Shown here: positions 10,514-20,610 of the stretch, in pieces | How the letters are laid out: each line of letters starts with the position of its first letter | How positions within the stretch are numbered: position 1 is the first letter of the stretch | Source: Nannocystales bacterium | GTDB taxonomy: Bacteria; Myxococcota_A; Polyangia; Nannocystales; Nannocystaceae | Direction: 5' to 3' | DNA: 64,000 bases | NCBI GenBank assembly: GCA_050633305.1 | Contig: JBOEGF010000036.1 | Coordinates: 32,001 to 96,000, forward strand | Notes under the pieces: model-generated | Told to the model about the DNA's origin: nothing | The model's database searches: none | What the model saw: only the letters and a program-made list of their open reading frames with translations | Translations under genes and position numbers: made by a program

Positions 10514-11311
10514 ATGAGCGACGAGCCGCCGATGGATCTCGATGTGGCGGCCTGCTTGGCGGATGCGTACGGCGTGAAGCCGCCCCGTGTTCTTGTCGAC
10601 CTCGCCCAGACCGCGTTCGTTCACGCGACCCGGGAGGGCTTTGTCAACGACACCGACTACCTGTCGTACGGTGGCCTTGGGTTCGACCTCGCTGGCTTCG
10701 CACAGCGTCCCGTTTGGCCGGATTGCGAGCCGCATAGCTACCCATGTACGCCGCCCGAGTTGTTCGTCTTCGGCTCGCCTGGGGTCGATGGCATTCACTA
10801 CGGCTTCCTCGTCTACGCCGCCGAGTTGCAACCGTATCCGTTCGCCGCGCTCAACCCGATGAGCACCCGGAGTGGGGTCCGAGCATTGGGGGCAACGGAC
10901 GATGAGAGGGGGGCGTTGCTGGGCCCGGGTCGGTCCGGAGCGGCCGTGTTCGATCCCGCTTGGCCTGCGGTCGAGCCCGTCGTCCCCGAGGGGTGGCGGT
11001 ACGTGACGACGAGCGATGGTGTCGGGGTCTTGGCGCCGAAGGAGGCGTTTGGTGACCGACCCATGGTGGATGTTGGATACTACGCAGCTCTTGCCCCGGT
11101 GGAGCGCGCAGCGACCCGCGCACTCATGCAAGGCCACCCGGCAACGAGCCTGAGGGTGCTCCGGGAGTTCTTCGCGAACAACCATCAGGGGGATGCGGTC
11201 TCAGCCCGGGCGGTGCTGCGTCTCATGGCCCAGGCCTACCGCGCACTCGATCGCCCACTGCTCGCCGACGTGGCGCTTGGGCATGCACAGCGGCATTGGC
11301 CAAAAGGGTGA
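10514..11311 (+). CDS. Hypothetical protein
   Basis: 265-aa ORF with GC-typical codons; TPPELFVFGSPGVDGIHYGF segment. Confidence 0.65.
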   Translation: MSDEPPMDLDVAACLADAYGVKPPRVLVDLAQTAFVHATREGFVNDTDYLSYGGLGFDLAGFAQRPVWPDCEPHSYPCTPPELFVFGSPGVDGIHYGFLVYAAELQPYPFAALNPMSTRSGVRALGATDDERGALLGPGRSGAAVFDPAWPAVEPVVPEGWRYVTTSDGVGVLAPKEAFGDRPMVDVGYYAALAPVERAATRALMQGHPATSLRVLREFFANNHQGDAVSARAVLRLMAQAYRALDRPLLADVALGHAQRHWPKG

Positions 11312-11326
11312 GAGCCTCACATCGCC

Positions 11327-11902
11327 TCACCAAAACAGGCTCAGCACGAGGGAGCTCGCCATGCCGTACATCGCGAGAAGGCCCAGCGTCATGAACAGCC
11401 CGCGCGTGCCATCGTGGCCTCGTAGATAGCTATACGTGTAGCCCAATCGAGCGACGGCAAAACCGATGATCCAAGCTTGGGCTGCTGCGGGCGTTGGCGA
11501 GGCGAGCGAGAAGACGACCGCCAGCAACCCGAAGTGGACCGTGTTCTCCGTGGTGTTGCGGTGTGCGTTGTGGTGCCGCTCGAGTTCTCGGACGCCTTCC
11601 CGCGGAGCATCGTCGGGGCTCGTGCCGGCCTCGGCCCACTCCTCCGGGGTCGCGTGCATCTTGAATCGCCCCCGCGTCAGTTCGGTCGCCGTCATCAGCC
11701 ACGTGTGGTTGAGTGCAAGCAGACCGGCTGCGATAGCGAGCGCGCGCATCGCCTCGACGGAGGGCAACCCGACCACGTTGGGCTTCACACCAAACGCAAA
11801 GACGTTCAACGCCACGCTGACGAGGAGCACGACGACGGGATAGAGGGTCACGATCGTCACGGCGCGACGTCGGCGTTTCGTTTCGTCGATGCTGGACTTC
11901 AT
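11327..11902 (-). CDS. MAPEG family membrane protein
   Basis: HNAHRNTTEN and ARLGYT motifs with TM helices. Confidence 0.85.
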   Translation of the reverse strand: MKSSIDETKRRRRAVTIVTLYPVVVLLVSVALNVFAFGVKPNVVGLPSVEAMRALAIAAGLLALNHTWLMTATELTRGRFKMHATPEEWAEAGTSPDDAPREGVRELERHHNAHRNTTENTVHFGLLAVVFSLASPTPAAAQAWIIGFAVARLGYTYSYLRGHDGTRGLFMTLGLLAMYGMASSLVLSLFW

Positions 11903-12040
11903 GCTCTGGAATCGCCCCTCCGGTCGCACGGGCGACCCTCAGAGCCTCCCCTCAAGCTAGGCCATCGCGGCCCGCGGCGCGCGGAGCGAATCTGGACCGC
12001 AGGGGTGCAAATTTGATCCTCAGGAGTGAAGGCCGGTTGC

Positions 12041-12649
12041 TCAGCGCGAAGGGGCCACCATGGGGCTCAATGCGACCCGGGCCTGCTGCCGAACACTCTC
12101 GGGGTCGAGGCCGAGCCCCATCTGCACGAGTACCGCGGCGAGCTGGGTATCGACACATCGCGCCGCAAGCTCCGCTGAGTGTTCGGGGTTGGCCTCGCCA
12201 CGCTCGAGGCCACTGCGATACCAGCGCGCGAACGCGTCGAGTTGCTCCTGCTCGAGCTGACGAACCCTGTCCGCCGCCAGGGGCCCAAGCTTCGAGCGGT
12301 CGATTCTCATTCGCGTGAACAGACAACCGGATGGCGTTCCTCGGTCCGACGTCAATGCCACGATCGCTCCGTCGAGCGTCGCCGCAAAAGGTCGTTCGAC
12401 GAACAGCGCCTGGAGCATCGGGACGACCACGACTTCACGGTAGGCATCGAGGGCGGCGGCTTGAAGACCGTCCTCGCCCCCAAACTCGCGGTACAGGGCG
12501 GGCTTGGAGATCCCCGCGAGACGGCACATCTCGTTGAGCGAGACCGAGGACAAGCCCCGCCGCCAGTACTGGTCCATCGCGACCTCGACGGCGGCGCCCC
12601 GGTTGACGGAGCGCGGCCGCCCTCGCGCTCGCTTTTCACCAGTCGCCAT
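12041..12649 (-). CDS. TetR/AcrR family transcriptional regulator
   Basis: RGRPR...GLSSVSLNEMCRLAGISKPALYREFGGEDGL HTH. Confidence 0.92.
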   Translation of the reverse strand: MATGEKRARGRPRSVNRGAAVEVAMDQYWRRGLSSVSLNEMCRLAGISKPALYREFGGEDGLQAAALDAYREVVVVPMLQALFVERPFAATLDGAIVALTSDRGTPSGCLFTRMRIDRSKLGPLAADRVRQLEQEQLDAFARWYRSGLERGEANPEHSAELAARCVDTQLAAVLVQMGLGLDPESVRQQARVALSPMVAPSR

Positions 12650-12651
12650 GT

Positions 12652-12730
12652 TTTCGTACCTTACGGTACGAAAGACCTTGACACCATCCACTGCGTGCAT
12701 CAAATGTTTTGGTACCGCTCGGTACGAAAA
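12652..12730. promoter_or_regulatory. Two TetR-type operators (GTACC-N4-GGTAC core) flanking a TTGACA -35 element
   Basis: TTTCGTACCTTACGGTACGAAA at 12652-12673 and TTTTGGTACCGCTCGGTACGAAAA at 12707-12730 between divergent genes; TTGACA at 12678-12683. Confidence 0.75.
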
Positions 12731-12750
12731 TCCGTGCGCAGGAGAACGAG

Positions 12751-13455
12751 ATGCTCGCAGGTCACTTCACGACAGCCATTCTGGCCCGACAGAGGGTCCC
12801 CTCAGGCCATATCGGGTTCTACCTGGTCGCCTCTCAGCTGCCGGATCTCCTGTGGCTGGCCTTCCACTACTTGGGACTCGAGCCGACGGCCCCCGACAAC
12901 TTCATGGTGATGACCCTCCAGACCCTGGATGCCAACATGACGTACAGCCACGACCTGCTCCCGCTGCCGGTCTGGGCGCTTGTGACGTTGCTGGCGGGTC
13001 GGGGCCTCTTTGGCTCGTGGAAGCCGGGCCAGGCCGGCGCCGTGTTGGTGGTGGTGCACGGCCTGGTCGACTTTCTCGGGGGGTTCGACCACCACGTATT
13101 CGGGCCGGACACACCGTCCGTGGCGACCGCTCTGTATGGAACTGCGCCGTACCTCGCGATCACGCTCGAGCTCGTCTTCGTCGTCGCCACCATGGCTTGG
13201 GTTGTGCGCACGGACGCGGCCAACGGGGTCCGTCGGGGTCGTCGGACCTGGGGCATGCGAGTTGCCGTGTTCGGAGGCGGTCTCGCGTTCATGTACTTGA
13301 CGGCGACCCAGTCTGTCGCGGAGCTGTGGGGCGTGGATCCGAACCCGAACCTGTCGGGCACCGCGATGCCGACGCTGATCGGCACCTATTGGGGGCTCCT
13401 CCTCGCGCTGTGGTGGGGCGAGAGCCAAGACGGCACTCAGAGCTCGACCCTGTGA
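12751..13455 (+). CDS. Membrane protein, metal-dependent hydrolase-like (YdjM-like)
   Basis: AGHF, SQLPD, YSHDL, VHGLVD motifs; SD GGAG upstream. Confidence 0.7.
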   Translation: MLAGHFTTAILARQRVPSGHIGFYLVASQLPDLLWLAFHYLGLEPTAPDNFMVMTLQTLDANMTYSHDLLPLPVWALVTLLAGRGLFGSWKPGQAGAVLVVVHGLVDFLGGFDHHVFGPDTPSVATALYGTAPYLAITLELVFVVATMAWVVRTDAANGVRRGRRTWGMRVAVFGGGLAFMYLTATQSVAELWGVDPNPNLSGTAMPTLIGTYWGLLLALWWGESQDGTQSSTL

Positions 13456-13464
13456 CGACTCCCG

Positions 13465-14058
13465 TCACACTCCGCGAAGCTGCTTGCACCAGAGCAACTG
13501 CACCTCGTCCGGCAGTTCCGGGTAGGCACCGTGGTTTGCCGCCCTGAGCACGCTTCCCATGCGTTCGTAAAATCGACACGCGGGAACGTTGTTGTTCTGC
13601 GTCTCGACCTCGAGCTGGCGGAACCCCTTCATCGCTGCCCATCTCTCTGCGGCCCTGAACAGGGCGGAGCCCACACCCTGATGGCGAGCGTTGTCCGATA
13701 CTCGCAGGTCCCAGAGGAGGGCGACGTCGTCCCGCCCCTCGGCCAGGTCCAGGCTGCCTGTGGGATCGACGGCGACGGCCGCCCCGCCGACTCGGTTGCC
13801 ACCGATGGTCGCACCGAACAAGCCCCACGCCGACAGGTCGAAGCGCTCGGGCCAGCGAATCGGCCCACCGTCGAGAATGTCGTAGTCCTTTCGATACGAG
13901 GATGCCAGGCGACGGGCGGGCTCGATGAGCCTCGGTGTTCCGTTGGCTCCGCGACCCATGTCGAATACCTCATGGACCTCGAATGCGATCGAGACCTCTG
14001 CGTATTGTTCGAGCATTCCGCGGGGCTCACTCGTCACCTCGATGGGGCCTGCGGGCAT
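13465..14058 (-). CDS. GNAT family N-acetyltransferase (streptothricin acetyltransferase-like)
   Basis: WDLRV....RHQGVGSALF and VETQNNNVPACRFY motifs. Confidence 0.88.
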   Translation of the reverse strand: MPAGPIEVTSEPRGMLEQYAEVSIAFEVHEVFDMGRGANGTPRLIEPARRLASSYRKDYDILDGGPIRWPERFDLSAWGLFGATIGGNRVGGAAVAVDPTGSLDLAEGRDDVALLWDLRVSDNARHQGVGSALFRAAERWAAMKGFRQLEVETQNNNVPACRFYERMGSVLRAANHGAYPELPDEVQLLWCKQLRGV

Positions 14059-14278
14059 TTCGAGAGTATAGATTGAGCACGCAAAGCGAGGCGGGGGATG
14101 ACGTGCAAGAGCACATGGCCGCTGAAGTGGTTGTTGCCCCGCCCAAGGGGTCGATGTGCTCGAACGGCCATCCATGTGGGACATCGAACACCCGCAACCC
14201 GTATCGGACGGGGTCTCGACCCCGGCGGATCGAGAAAAAGTGGACCGGCCACATGGCCGCTTTACGATAGGTTATGCC

Positions 14279-15310
14279 GTGCTCGTCGTACTCGCGCTCA
14301 CGATGCAAGTCGCGACTGGGCCCGTCCCGGCTCGGGGGGTCGCCGACCAACAGGCCGAGGAAACGCGTGTCGTGGTCGTTCGCAGTCAGGCCGATCTCGG
14401 CGTGCCGGAGGCTGGCGTCCGGCGTGCCCTCGAAGGACATGTTTCCGACATGGGCTACGAAGTCCGCGTGGACTTCTCTGCGGGCGACCAGCCCTGGCCA
14501 CCGTCCACCACGCAGGTTGAGCTCATCCCCGACGGGGAAGGGGGGCTGAGGGTTGCGATGCGGCGTGAGATGGACCCCCAGCCGTGGACGCGGACCCTCC
14601 CCGAACAAGGGGACACCGATCTCCTCCTCGAGTCTTTGGGTGTGCTGATGAGAAGCATGCTGGGTGCGCCGGAACCGGAACCGGAACCGGAACCGGAACC
14701 GGAACCGGAACCCGTGCCCGAACCCGATCCGGGACCGGAGTCGACCCGCGAGCCCGAACCCGAACCCCCGCCCGAGTCAACGTCAGTCCCCGGTGCGCTC
14801 GACGTTGCGGTTGGGTATCGAGGGGACACGGTCGCGGCCGGGCATCGCTGGCACTCGGGTGTGGGGCTGGACCTCGCGGGGCGCCTACCCATCGGGCTTG
14901 GGTTGGGCGGCGGTCTCGCGTTCACCCCTCAGCACGCAGGCGCCGGGCTGTCCGTCCGTCGCCTCGGTGGCCATGTGCGGGTTGGAGGATCGTTCCGTCC
15001 ACAAGCCCGGTTGCAGCCCGCGGTGTTCGCTGTGCTGTCCGCGGAGGGCCTGGGTTGGTCCGATGCGCCGACACGGTCGCAACCGCAGCCGGGCTGGGCC
15101 GTGCGGGTTGGAGCGGGGCTAGGCGCCGAAGTCCGGGCCTTTGTGACCGGGCGATGGTTCGTCGTGGTCCGCGGGTCCGCGCTGGGATGGGTCCGTGGCG
15201 TACAACTCGACCAAGAACAAGGCGAGGCGCGCGATGTCCTCATCCGCACAGATCCCGTGGCCTTTGAGGGGTGGGTCGGTTTGGGACGCCGCTGGACGCT
15301 TGCGCGCTAG
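14279..15310 (+). CDS. Hypothetical exported protein with Pro/Glu linker and C-terminal beta-barrel-like domain
   Basis: EP repeat linker; alternating amphipathic strands ending near a C-terminal Trp; start uncertain. Confidence 0.7.
   Translation: MLVVLALTMQVATGPVPARGVADQQAEETRVVVVRSQADLGVPEAGVRRALEGHVSDMGYEVRVDFSAGDQPWPPSTTQVELIPDGEGGLRVAMRREMDPQPWTRTLPEQGDTDLLLESLGVLMRSMLGAPEPEPEPEPEPEPEPVPEPDPGPESTREPEPEPPPESTSVPGALDVAVGYRGDTVAAGHRWHSGVGLDLAGRLPIGLGLGGGLAFTPQHAGAGLSVRRLGGHVRVGGSFRPQARLQPAVFAVLSAEGLGWSDAPTRSQPQPGWAVRVGAGLGAEVRAFVTGRWFVVVRGSALGWVRGVQLDQEQGEARDVLIRTDPVAFEGWVGLGRRWTLAR
14669..14710 (+). repeat. (CCGGAA)x7 in-frame microsatellite encoding PE repeats
   Basis: Directly visible. 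Confidence 0.95.
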
Positions 15311-15661
15311 ATTTTGTCATCCATTTGCCATGCGCGGTCACCACAGACAGATGAGCGTGACTCGGACTCGCACAACACCCGGAAAGGGGGAGGATTTCGC
15401 CCTCTGCCAGCATCGCACCCGCGGCGACCGAAGCACGGCTCGGTTTCGTGCGTGCTCGATGATGCCTGGCGCGGGCGATGCCGCACGTGGACCAGCACCC
15501 CGTCCGTTGCGGGACAGCGCCGCGCAGACCGCCGTTCGCGCGGTGGTACGATGGCAAGCCCGCTACGGAAGCCCCCTACGGCGGGCGGTTTTGGTGTTTC
15601 ACCACAGCCTCCGCACCGCGGTTCCGCGAGACATCCAGGTCGATGCCCTAGGAGCGATCGC

Positions 15662-16828
15662 ATGACACTACACCTTGACGATGCGCGCTGGCGCGCCGCG
15701 GTGGACGCGGAACACAGGGGGGAGGCGAGCCCCACGCAGCGGAAACTCCTGGAGCAGTACAAGCCTCGCGGCGCGGAGTACCGAGCCGAGCAAGCCTTCC
15801 TCGAAGCCTTGAGCGCACCTCCAGCCTACGAGGACACTCGCCCCGAGTGGCTCGACGAGGTGCTCGACTCCATGGCGACAGAGGTGGAGGACCGGTCTCC
15901 GCCACGCACTCGTTGGCTGCCTTGGGTGAGCGTCGCCGCTGCGGTCCTTCTCACGACGGTCGCGGCAGTCGTGGGCATGCGCTGGGTCGGCGAGGAGCCG
16001 AGCCGCGCGGAGCCGATCGCATTCAGTGTTCCCTCGCTTCCCGACGCGTCGGCGCTCGAGTCACCCCCCGGTGGCTCACCGCAGGTCGACCCCACGTCGG
16101 CGGGGACGCAACCCGGGGCGAGCATCGCTCCGTCCTCACTCTGTGCGAGCGGACCACAGCACTCGATCTGCGCAAAGCCGGATGCGCGCGTCACAGCGGT
16201 CGACTCTGGCGCGGTCGCACTCCACCAAGGCGTCGTCACGATCCGAAGCCAAGACACCGAAGAGGCGCACGTACAACTCGACGACGTGACCGTTCGCGCT
16301 GGCCGTCATAGCGTCGTCGTTGTCGAGCGCACCACAGCAGGGTGGTCGGTCAGCATCGAGTCGGGGACGGCAACCGTGGTCGAAATTGGATCGGCGCGTC
16401 GCCTCGACCGAGGAGAGAGCTTGGAGCGTGGCCGCGGTAAGGCCCCGGCCGCGGCGCCGAAGCCCGGGCCTCGTCCGGTCAAGGCGAGCACGTTGCTGGC
16501 CCGCGCCCGGGCGCAACGCCGAGACGGGAACACGGCCAGCGCGATGAAGACCTACGCCGACCTGATCCGGCAGCATCCCCGGTCCCCGGCTGCCCAAACG
16601 GCTCGGATGAGCCTGGCGCAACTCCATCTCGACCGCGGCAAGACCAAGGATGCGCTGCGACTGTTCCGGGCGTATGAGAAGCGTGGCGGGCCGCTGGCTG
16701 AGGAAGCGGCGTACGGGGAGTTCCGCGCCTTGAAGAAGCTCGGTCGAGGCGCCGAGGCCCAGCGTGTCGCCGAAGCGTTCGCGCGGCGTTTTCCCGACAG
16801 CCACTACAGTGCGAAGCTCGACCGATGA
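15662..16828 (+). CDS. FecR-like anti-sigma factor with C-terminal TPR
   Basis: N-terminal helical domain, single TM, FecR-like beta region (VSIESGTATV), TPR ending FPDSHYSAKL; SD AGGAG. Confidence 0.78.
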   Translation: MTLHLDDARWRAAVDAEHRGEASPTQRKLLEQYKPRGAEYRAEQAFLEALSAPPAYEDTRPEWLDEVLDSMATEVEDRSPPRTRWLPWVSVAAAVLLTTVAAVVGMRWVGEEPSRAEPIAFSVPSLPDASALESPPGGSPQVDPTSAGTQPGASIAPSSLCASGPQHSICAKPDARVTAVDSGAVALHQGVVTIRSQDTEEAHVQLDDVTVRAGRHSVVVVERTTAGWSVSIESGTATVVEIGSARRLDRGESLERGRGKAPAAAPKPGPRPVKASTLLARARAQRRDGNTASAMKTYADLIRQHPRSPAAQTARMSLAQLHLDRGKTKDALRLFRAYEKRGGPLAEEAAYGEFRALKKLGRGAEAQRVAEAFARRFPDSHYSAKLDR

Positions 16829-18021
16829 TGCGGGCCTCCCTGGTGATGTCCGTCGCGCTCACCCTTGGGTGCAGCCCCAGCCACATCGCGGCCGTGGCTC
16901 CGGCCACCGACGGAGCGTCCGGGTCGGACGCAGACTCCGCGCCCGTGGGCTCGTCGAGCTCGGGCGAAACGAGCACGACCGGGGGGACCGCTGCAGAGGC
17001 AGAGGCAGAGGCAGAGGCAGAGGCAGAGGCAGAGGCAGAGGCGACGAGTGGCGGGGCTCCCTCCTCGGACGAAGGGTCTTCGTCCGAGACGACGGAGGGC
17101 TCGGAGACCACCGACGCGGCGTTGTGCCCTCCGCAGCCAACTCCAGGCTGCGATGAGACGGGCGACCCTCTCGACGCGGCCGAAGTGACTTGTTTTGACG
17201 GTATCTCGGCGCAGTTCGAGAGCAGCGACTCCATGGCGTGGCGAAGCGCTCATGAGTTCGGAAACTCGCAGTGGGTGTCGACCGAGTCGGAAGCCGTCCT
17301 CGTCCTCACCACTGGGGTTCTTCCCGAACCGGGTCTCGTGGGCGAAGTCAACGTCACGCCAGGGGCGGCCGAGAACTCTCCCACCAACAACGGCAACCCA
17401 GACGGCGTCGCGCTTCCGTCGGGGATCAACCCCCTCTTTGGCAGCACATCGGCGACGCCCTTCGCCGACTGCAACGGCATCGCCGACTGCTCGGGGACTC
17501 TCGCGATTGCGTTTGATGGCAGCGCCGACGACCTGGTCTGGTTCTCATTCGACGCGACCGTACCGGCCGATGTGTATGGTTACAGCATCCAGGTCGGCTT
17601 TCTCAGCGCCGCGTATCCCGAGGACCTCTTGGAGTTCAGCAGCGACCTCTTCGTGTGGTGGCACGAGAGCGAGGACTACGTGGGCAACCTGGCGACGCTC
17701 GATGGCTACCCCGCCAATGTTCTGGGTCTCGCCCCGCGCCTGCACGAGCACTCGACGGACCATCCGGCACTGCAACGGACCGGGATGGAGGGCACGACCG
17801 GGGAGACCTGCGAGGTGCAAGGCGCGAGTGTGGACTGCCCAATCGGCGCCTCCACGGGATGGATGGAGCTGCGGGGTCCGGCCCAGCCGGGCGAGGATAT
17901 CCATGTGGTCGTCGCGCTCCTCGACCAAGGAGCGCTCGACCGGGACACCACCGTGGTGCTGGACGGGTTCAGCTGGGTTTGCGAGCCATGTACCCCCGGC
18001 GGGTCTTGCGGCTTGCAGTAG
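16825..18021 (+). CDS. Lipoprotein with choice-of-anchor L-like domain
   Basis: TLGC lipobox; LVLTTG, GFLSAAYPE, GASTGWM, DTTVVLDGFSW motifs. Confidence 0.7.
   Translation: MMRASLVMSVALTLGCSPSHIAAVAPATDGASGSDADSAPVGSSSSGETSTTGGTAAEAEAEAEAEAEAEAEATSGGAPSSDEGSSSETTEGSETTDAALCPPQPTPGCDETGDPLDAAEVTCFDGISAQFESSDSMAWRSAHEFGNSQWVSTESEAVLVLTTGVLPEPGLVGEVNVTPGAAENSPTNNGNPDGVALPSGINPLFGSTSATPFADCNGIADCSGTLAIAFDGSADDLVWFSFDATVPADVYGYSIQVGFLSAAYPEDLLEFSSDLFVWWHESEDYVGNLATLDGYPANVLGLAPRLHEHSTDHPALQRTGMEGTTGETCEVQGASVDCPIGASTGWMELRGPAQPGEDIHVVVALLDQGALDRDTTVVLDGFSWVCEPCTPGGSCGLQ
16993..17040 (+). repeat. (GCAGAG)x8 in-frame microsatellite encoding AE repeats
   Basis: Directly visible. Confidence 0.95.
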
Positions 18022-18409
18022 GGGCCGACGTCTCGACGCCGATGCCGTTTCTCGAAGACGCGGCGCTCGAAGTCCTGCGCAAGACTGCATGAACTGACCC
18101 GAGCCGGGACGGTGAACGCAGCCGGCTGGACTCCGCCGAGGCGATGCGCCGTGCGTGACTGGGCGGTCTTCCTCTGCTTGTCGTCTGAGGCCTTGGCGCG
18201 TCGGCTCTGGTCGCTGCGGCAGCCCGCTGCTTCGCGCGGCGCGGCCGCAGACTCGCCGATCATTTCTTCATCCAAAGGCACGGTGAGACAGACACATTCG
18301 GTCATCAGGCCATAGAGCCGGAATGTCCCCAGAAGCCACATCCTGTCCAATGTACAGACCTACTCTCACGCAGCCCTCTGAGCATCCCACACGGAACGGA
18401 ACGACCGCG

Positions 18410-19510
18410 ATGCGGCTTTGCCCGGCTGTGAAGGTGCGTCCTCGGACCCCGGAGCCCTTCGGCCGCACGCCGATTGAGGAAGCCCTGCTTCAACTCTCCG
18501 AACTCGAGTTTCGCATCACACATTGGGATACGGCCGCAGCGGAAGACTCGGCTTCGAAGGAGGCGTTGGTCCGCCTCGTCTCCACCGGGGAGGCGATCGC
18601 CGAGGAGTCGGTCTACATCCTCCAAGGGCTGTCCGACGGGTCTCCCGCGGACGCTTCCACGCGGACGCCGGGCGCTGTCCCACAGACGGTCGCTGACGTG
18701 GCGTTCGTCGCTGCCATGGAGACGAACACGCTACGGGCACGACTCTCGGGGCTCGAGGGGCTACAGGAGAAGTGGCGCGTGCTCGAGACGTGTCAACGGA
18801 CCAAACGACACGTGCTGCGCGCGGTCACCTCGGTCGCGCAGGAACTCCTCGGCCACACCGACGCAGGGGACCGAACGCCGCGGTTCCACAAGGCCCTGCT
18901 CGGCTCGCTTCGTTGCCGCCGTGCTCTCTCGAAGTTCTGGCACCAAGTCGAGACGAACAAGGGGCGCTCCACTGCCGAGCGGTTACAGACTGCCTACGAC
19001 GCGATTGCGGTGCTTCGCAGGGATGAATACTACCGGGAGCTTCGTATCAATGACCGACGCGTCCTGCACGAACTCCGAACACGTCTACTCGCCCGACTGC
19101 GGGAGGACGATGGACCCAACCTGCACACCGATCAACTCCTGCAAGACGTCGATGGGTTCGTGGTCTTGAGCCGACGGATCAACAGCCGGATGGAGCTGGT
19201 CGACCACGACCGGGCAATCCTCCGGGAACTCGAGCGAAGCCTGCCTCCACAAGACGAAGACCCTCTGCCTTTGCCGATACCGCTCGTGCTCCGACTGCAC
19301 CAGCTCCAGGGCCTCGCGCCCGTGCTCGACAGCGCACTGTTCGGTCGGCACACCATCTCCACCGCCGACCTCCGTCGAATCCTGTGGTCACTGGAACGGT
19401 GGCCACAACAGGAGTTCGACGGCCACGGGAGTGGAGCGTGGGGCCGCGCTATCCCGGCCGCGGCGCGAATGCCTACGACCGAACGGTCGGAGATGCCGCG
19501 GGGCGTATGA
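18410..19510 (+). CDS. Hypothetical helical protein
   Basis: Long ORF with protein-like composition; start uncertain (18323-18410). Confidence 0.65.
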   Translation: MRLCPAVKVRPRTPEPFGRTPIEEALLQLSELEFRITHWDTAAAEDSASKEALVRLVSTGEAIAEESVYILQGLSDGSPADASTRTPGAVPQTVADVAFVAAMETNTLRARLSGLEGLQEKWRVLETCQRTKRHVLRAVTSVAQELLGHTDAGDRTPRFHKALLGSLRCRRALSKFWHQVETNKGRSTAERLQTAYDAIAVLRRDEYYRELRINDRRVLHELRTRLLARLREDDGPNLHTDQLLQDVDGFVVLSRRINSRMELVDHDRAILRELERSLPPQDEDPLPLPIPLVLRLHQLQGLAPVLDSALFGRHTISTADLRRILWSLERWPQQEFDGHGSGAWGRAIPAAARMPTTERSEMPRGV

Positions 19511-19617
19511 CCCGTCTCGGCGACGCGCCACCGGCCCTCTGCGGAACGACGCGTCACCCTCTTCGCCTATCGAACAACCACGAACACCGCTCATCGCCGC
19601 AAGAAGGAACACCCGCC

Positions 19618-20286
19618 ATGTCATCGACGTCCACCGCTCTCCCCTCTTCCCTTCAGACACGCGTCTCGCGGCCGGCTCCGAAGTGTTCGACACCGGCCCC
19701 ACCGCCGCCGGTGCATGTCCTGGACAAGGAGGCGGTCGACGATTTGCTGAGACGTGCACGAGCCCTCGCGGGCCGGGGCCGAGATCCCGCGGCCGCCCAT
19801 GCCATGTTCACGACCGTTCTCAGGCTCGACCCGGTCCGACTCGAGGCCCACATCGACCTCGTTCAACTCGAGGTCCAAGCCGGAAACCTCGAGCGCGCCC
19901 GCAAGCGGATGGAGCGACTCTCCGAGGAGTACTCCTGCCGATCACGTCAGAGCAACGCGACACGGCTCTTCAAGGGCTCCGACGGCTGGGAGGAGGAGTT
20001 CTCGGCAAGCTGGGACGACCACCTTCGACCAGACGCTGCGCGGTCGGGTCCTCGAAGGGGTGCGAGCATCGGACACTCGAACTCGAAGCTTCCGCCTCCT
20101 CCGACGAAGGGCTCGGCCGAGTCCGTGCTGTCTGTCGAGCGACGCGAGGAGTTGCTCTCGCGATACTCGGTCCGCACGCTCCGCGCACGCGCCATGGTGC
20201 GGCGTGACCCCTCCGTCACGCGTCGCGAATCGGGCACCAGCCTGGCGCATTCGCTGCGCAAGCTCGCTCGGGGCGCTTCCAAGTAG
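19618..20286 (+). CDS. Hypothetical protein with a TPR-like repeat
   Basis: AHAMFTTVLRLDPVRLEAHIDLVQLEVQAGNLERAR; SD AAGGA. Confidence 0.55.
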   Translation: MSSTSTALPSSLQTRVSRPAPKCSTPAPPPPVHVLDKEAVDDLLRRARALAGRGRDPAAAHAMFTTVLRLDPVRLEAHIDLVQLEVQAGNLERARKRMERLSEEYSCRSRQSNATRLFKGSDGWEEEFSASWDDHLRPDAARSGPRRGASIGHSNSKLPPPPTKGSAESVLSVERREELLSRYSVRTLRARAMVRRDPSVTRRESGTSLAHSLRKLARGASK

Positions 20287-20610
20287 ACGACGGGCAACCG
20301 CTCGAGCGGTCCGAGCGTGGTCCGGTGTTCTCCGCCGTAGAGGCTCAGCCGTTCGGGGCGTCACGGCTTTGCGAGACCGTGGACCGTGGACGAGTGACCC
20401 AAACACCGCGAGGTCCGGCGCGCCCGAGGTCTGAGTATCGGTCTCGGCCAGGTGCTCTGTTGACGTCGCCTCGAGTGCACGCGGCATACCAACGTCGAAA
20501 TGACTACCGTCGGGGGGTTGAGACGAACCTGGGGGGACCTCGGAAGAGGCGCTTCATGCGACAGCCGAGGTCTCGTGGAATCGGCGCCGCGGGTGCTCTA
20601 CAGTCCCCGC

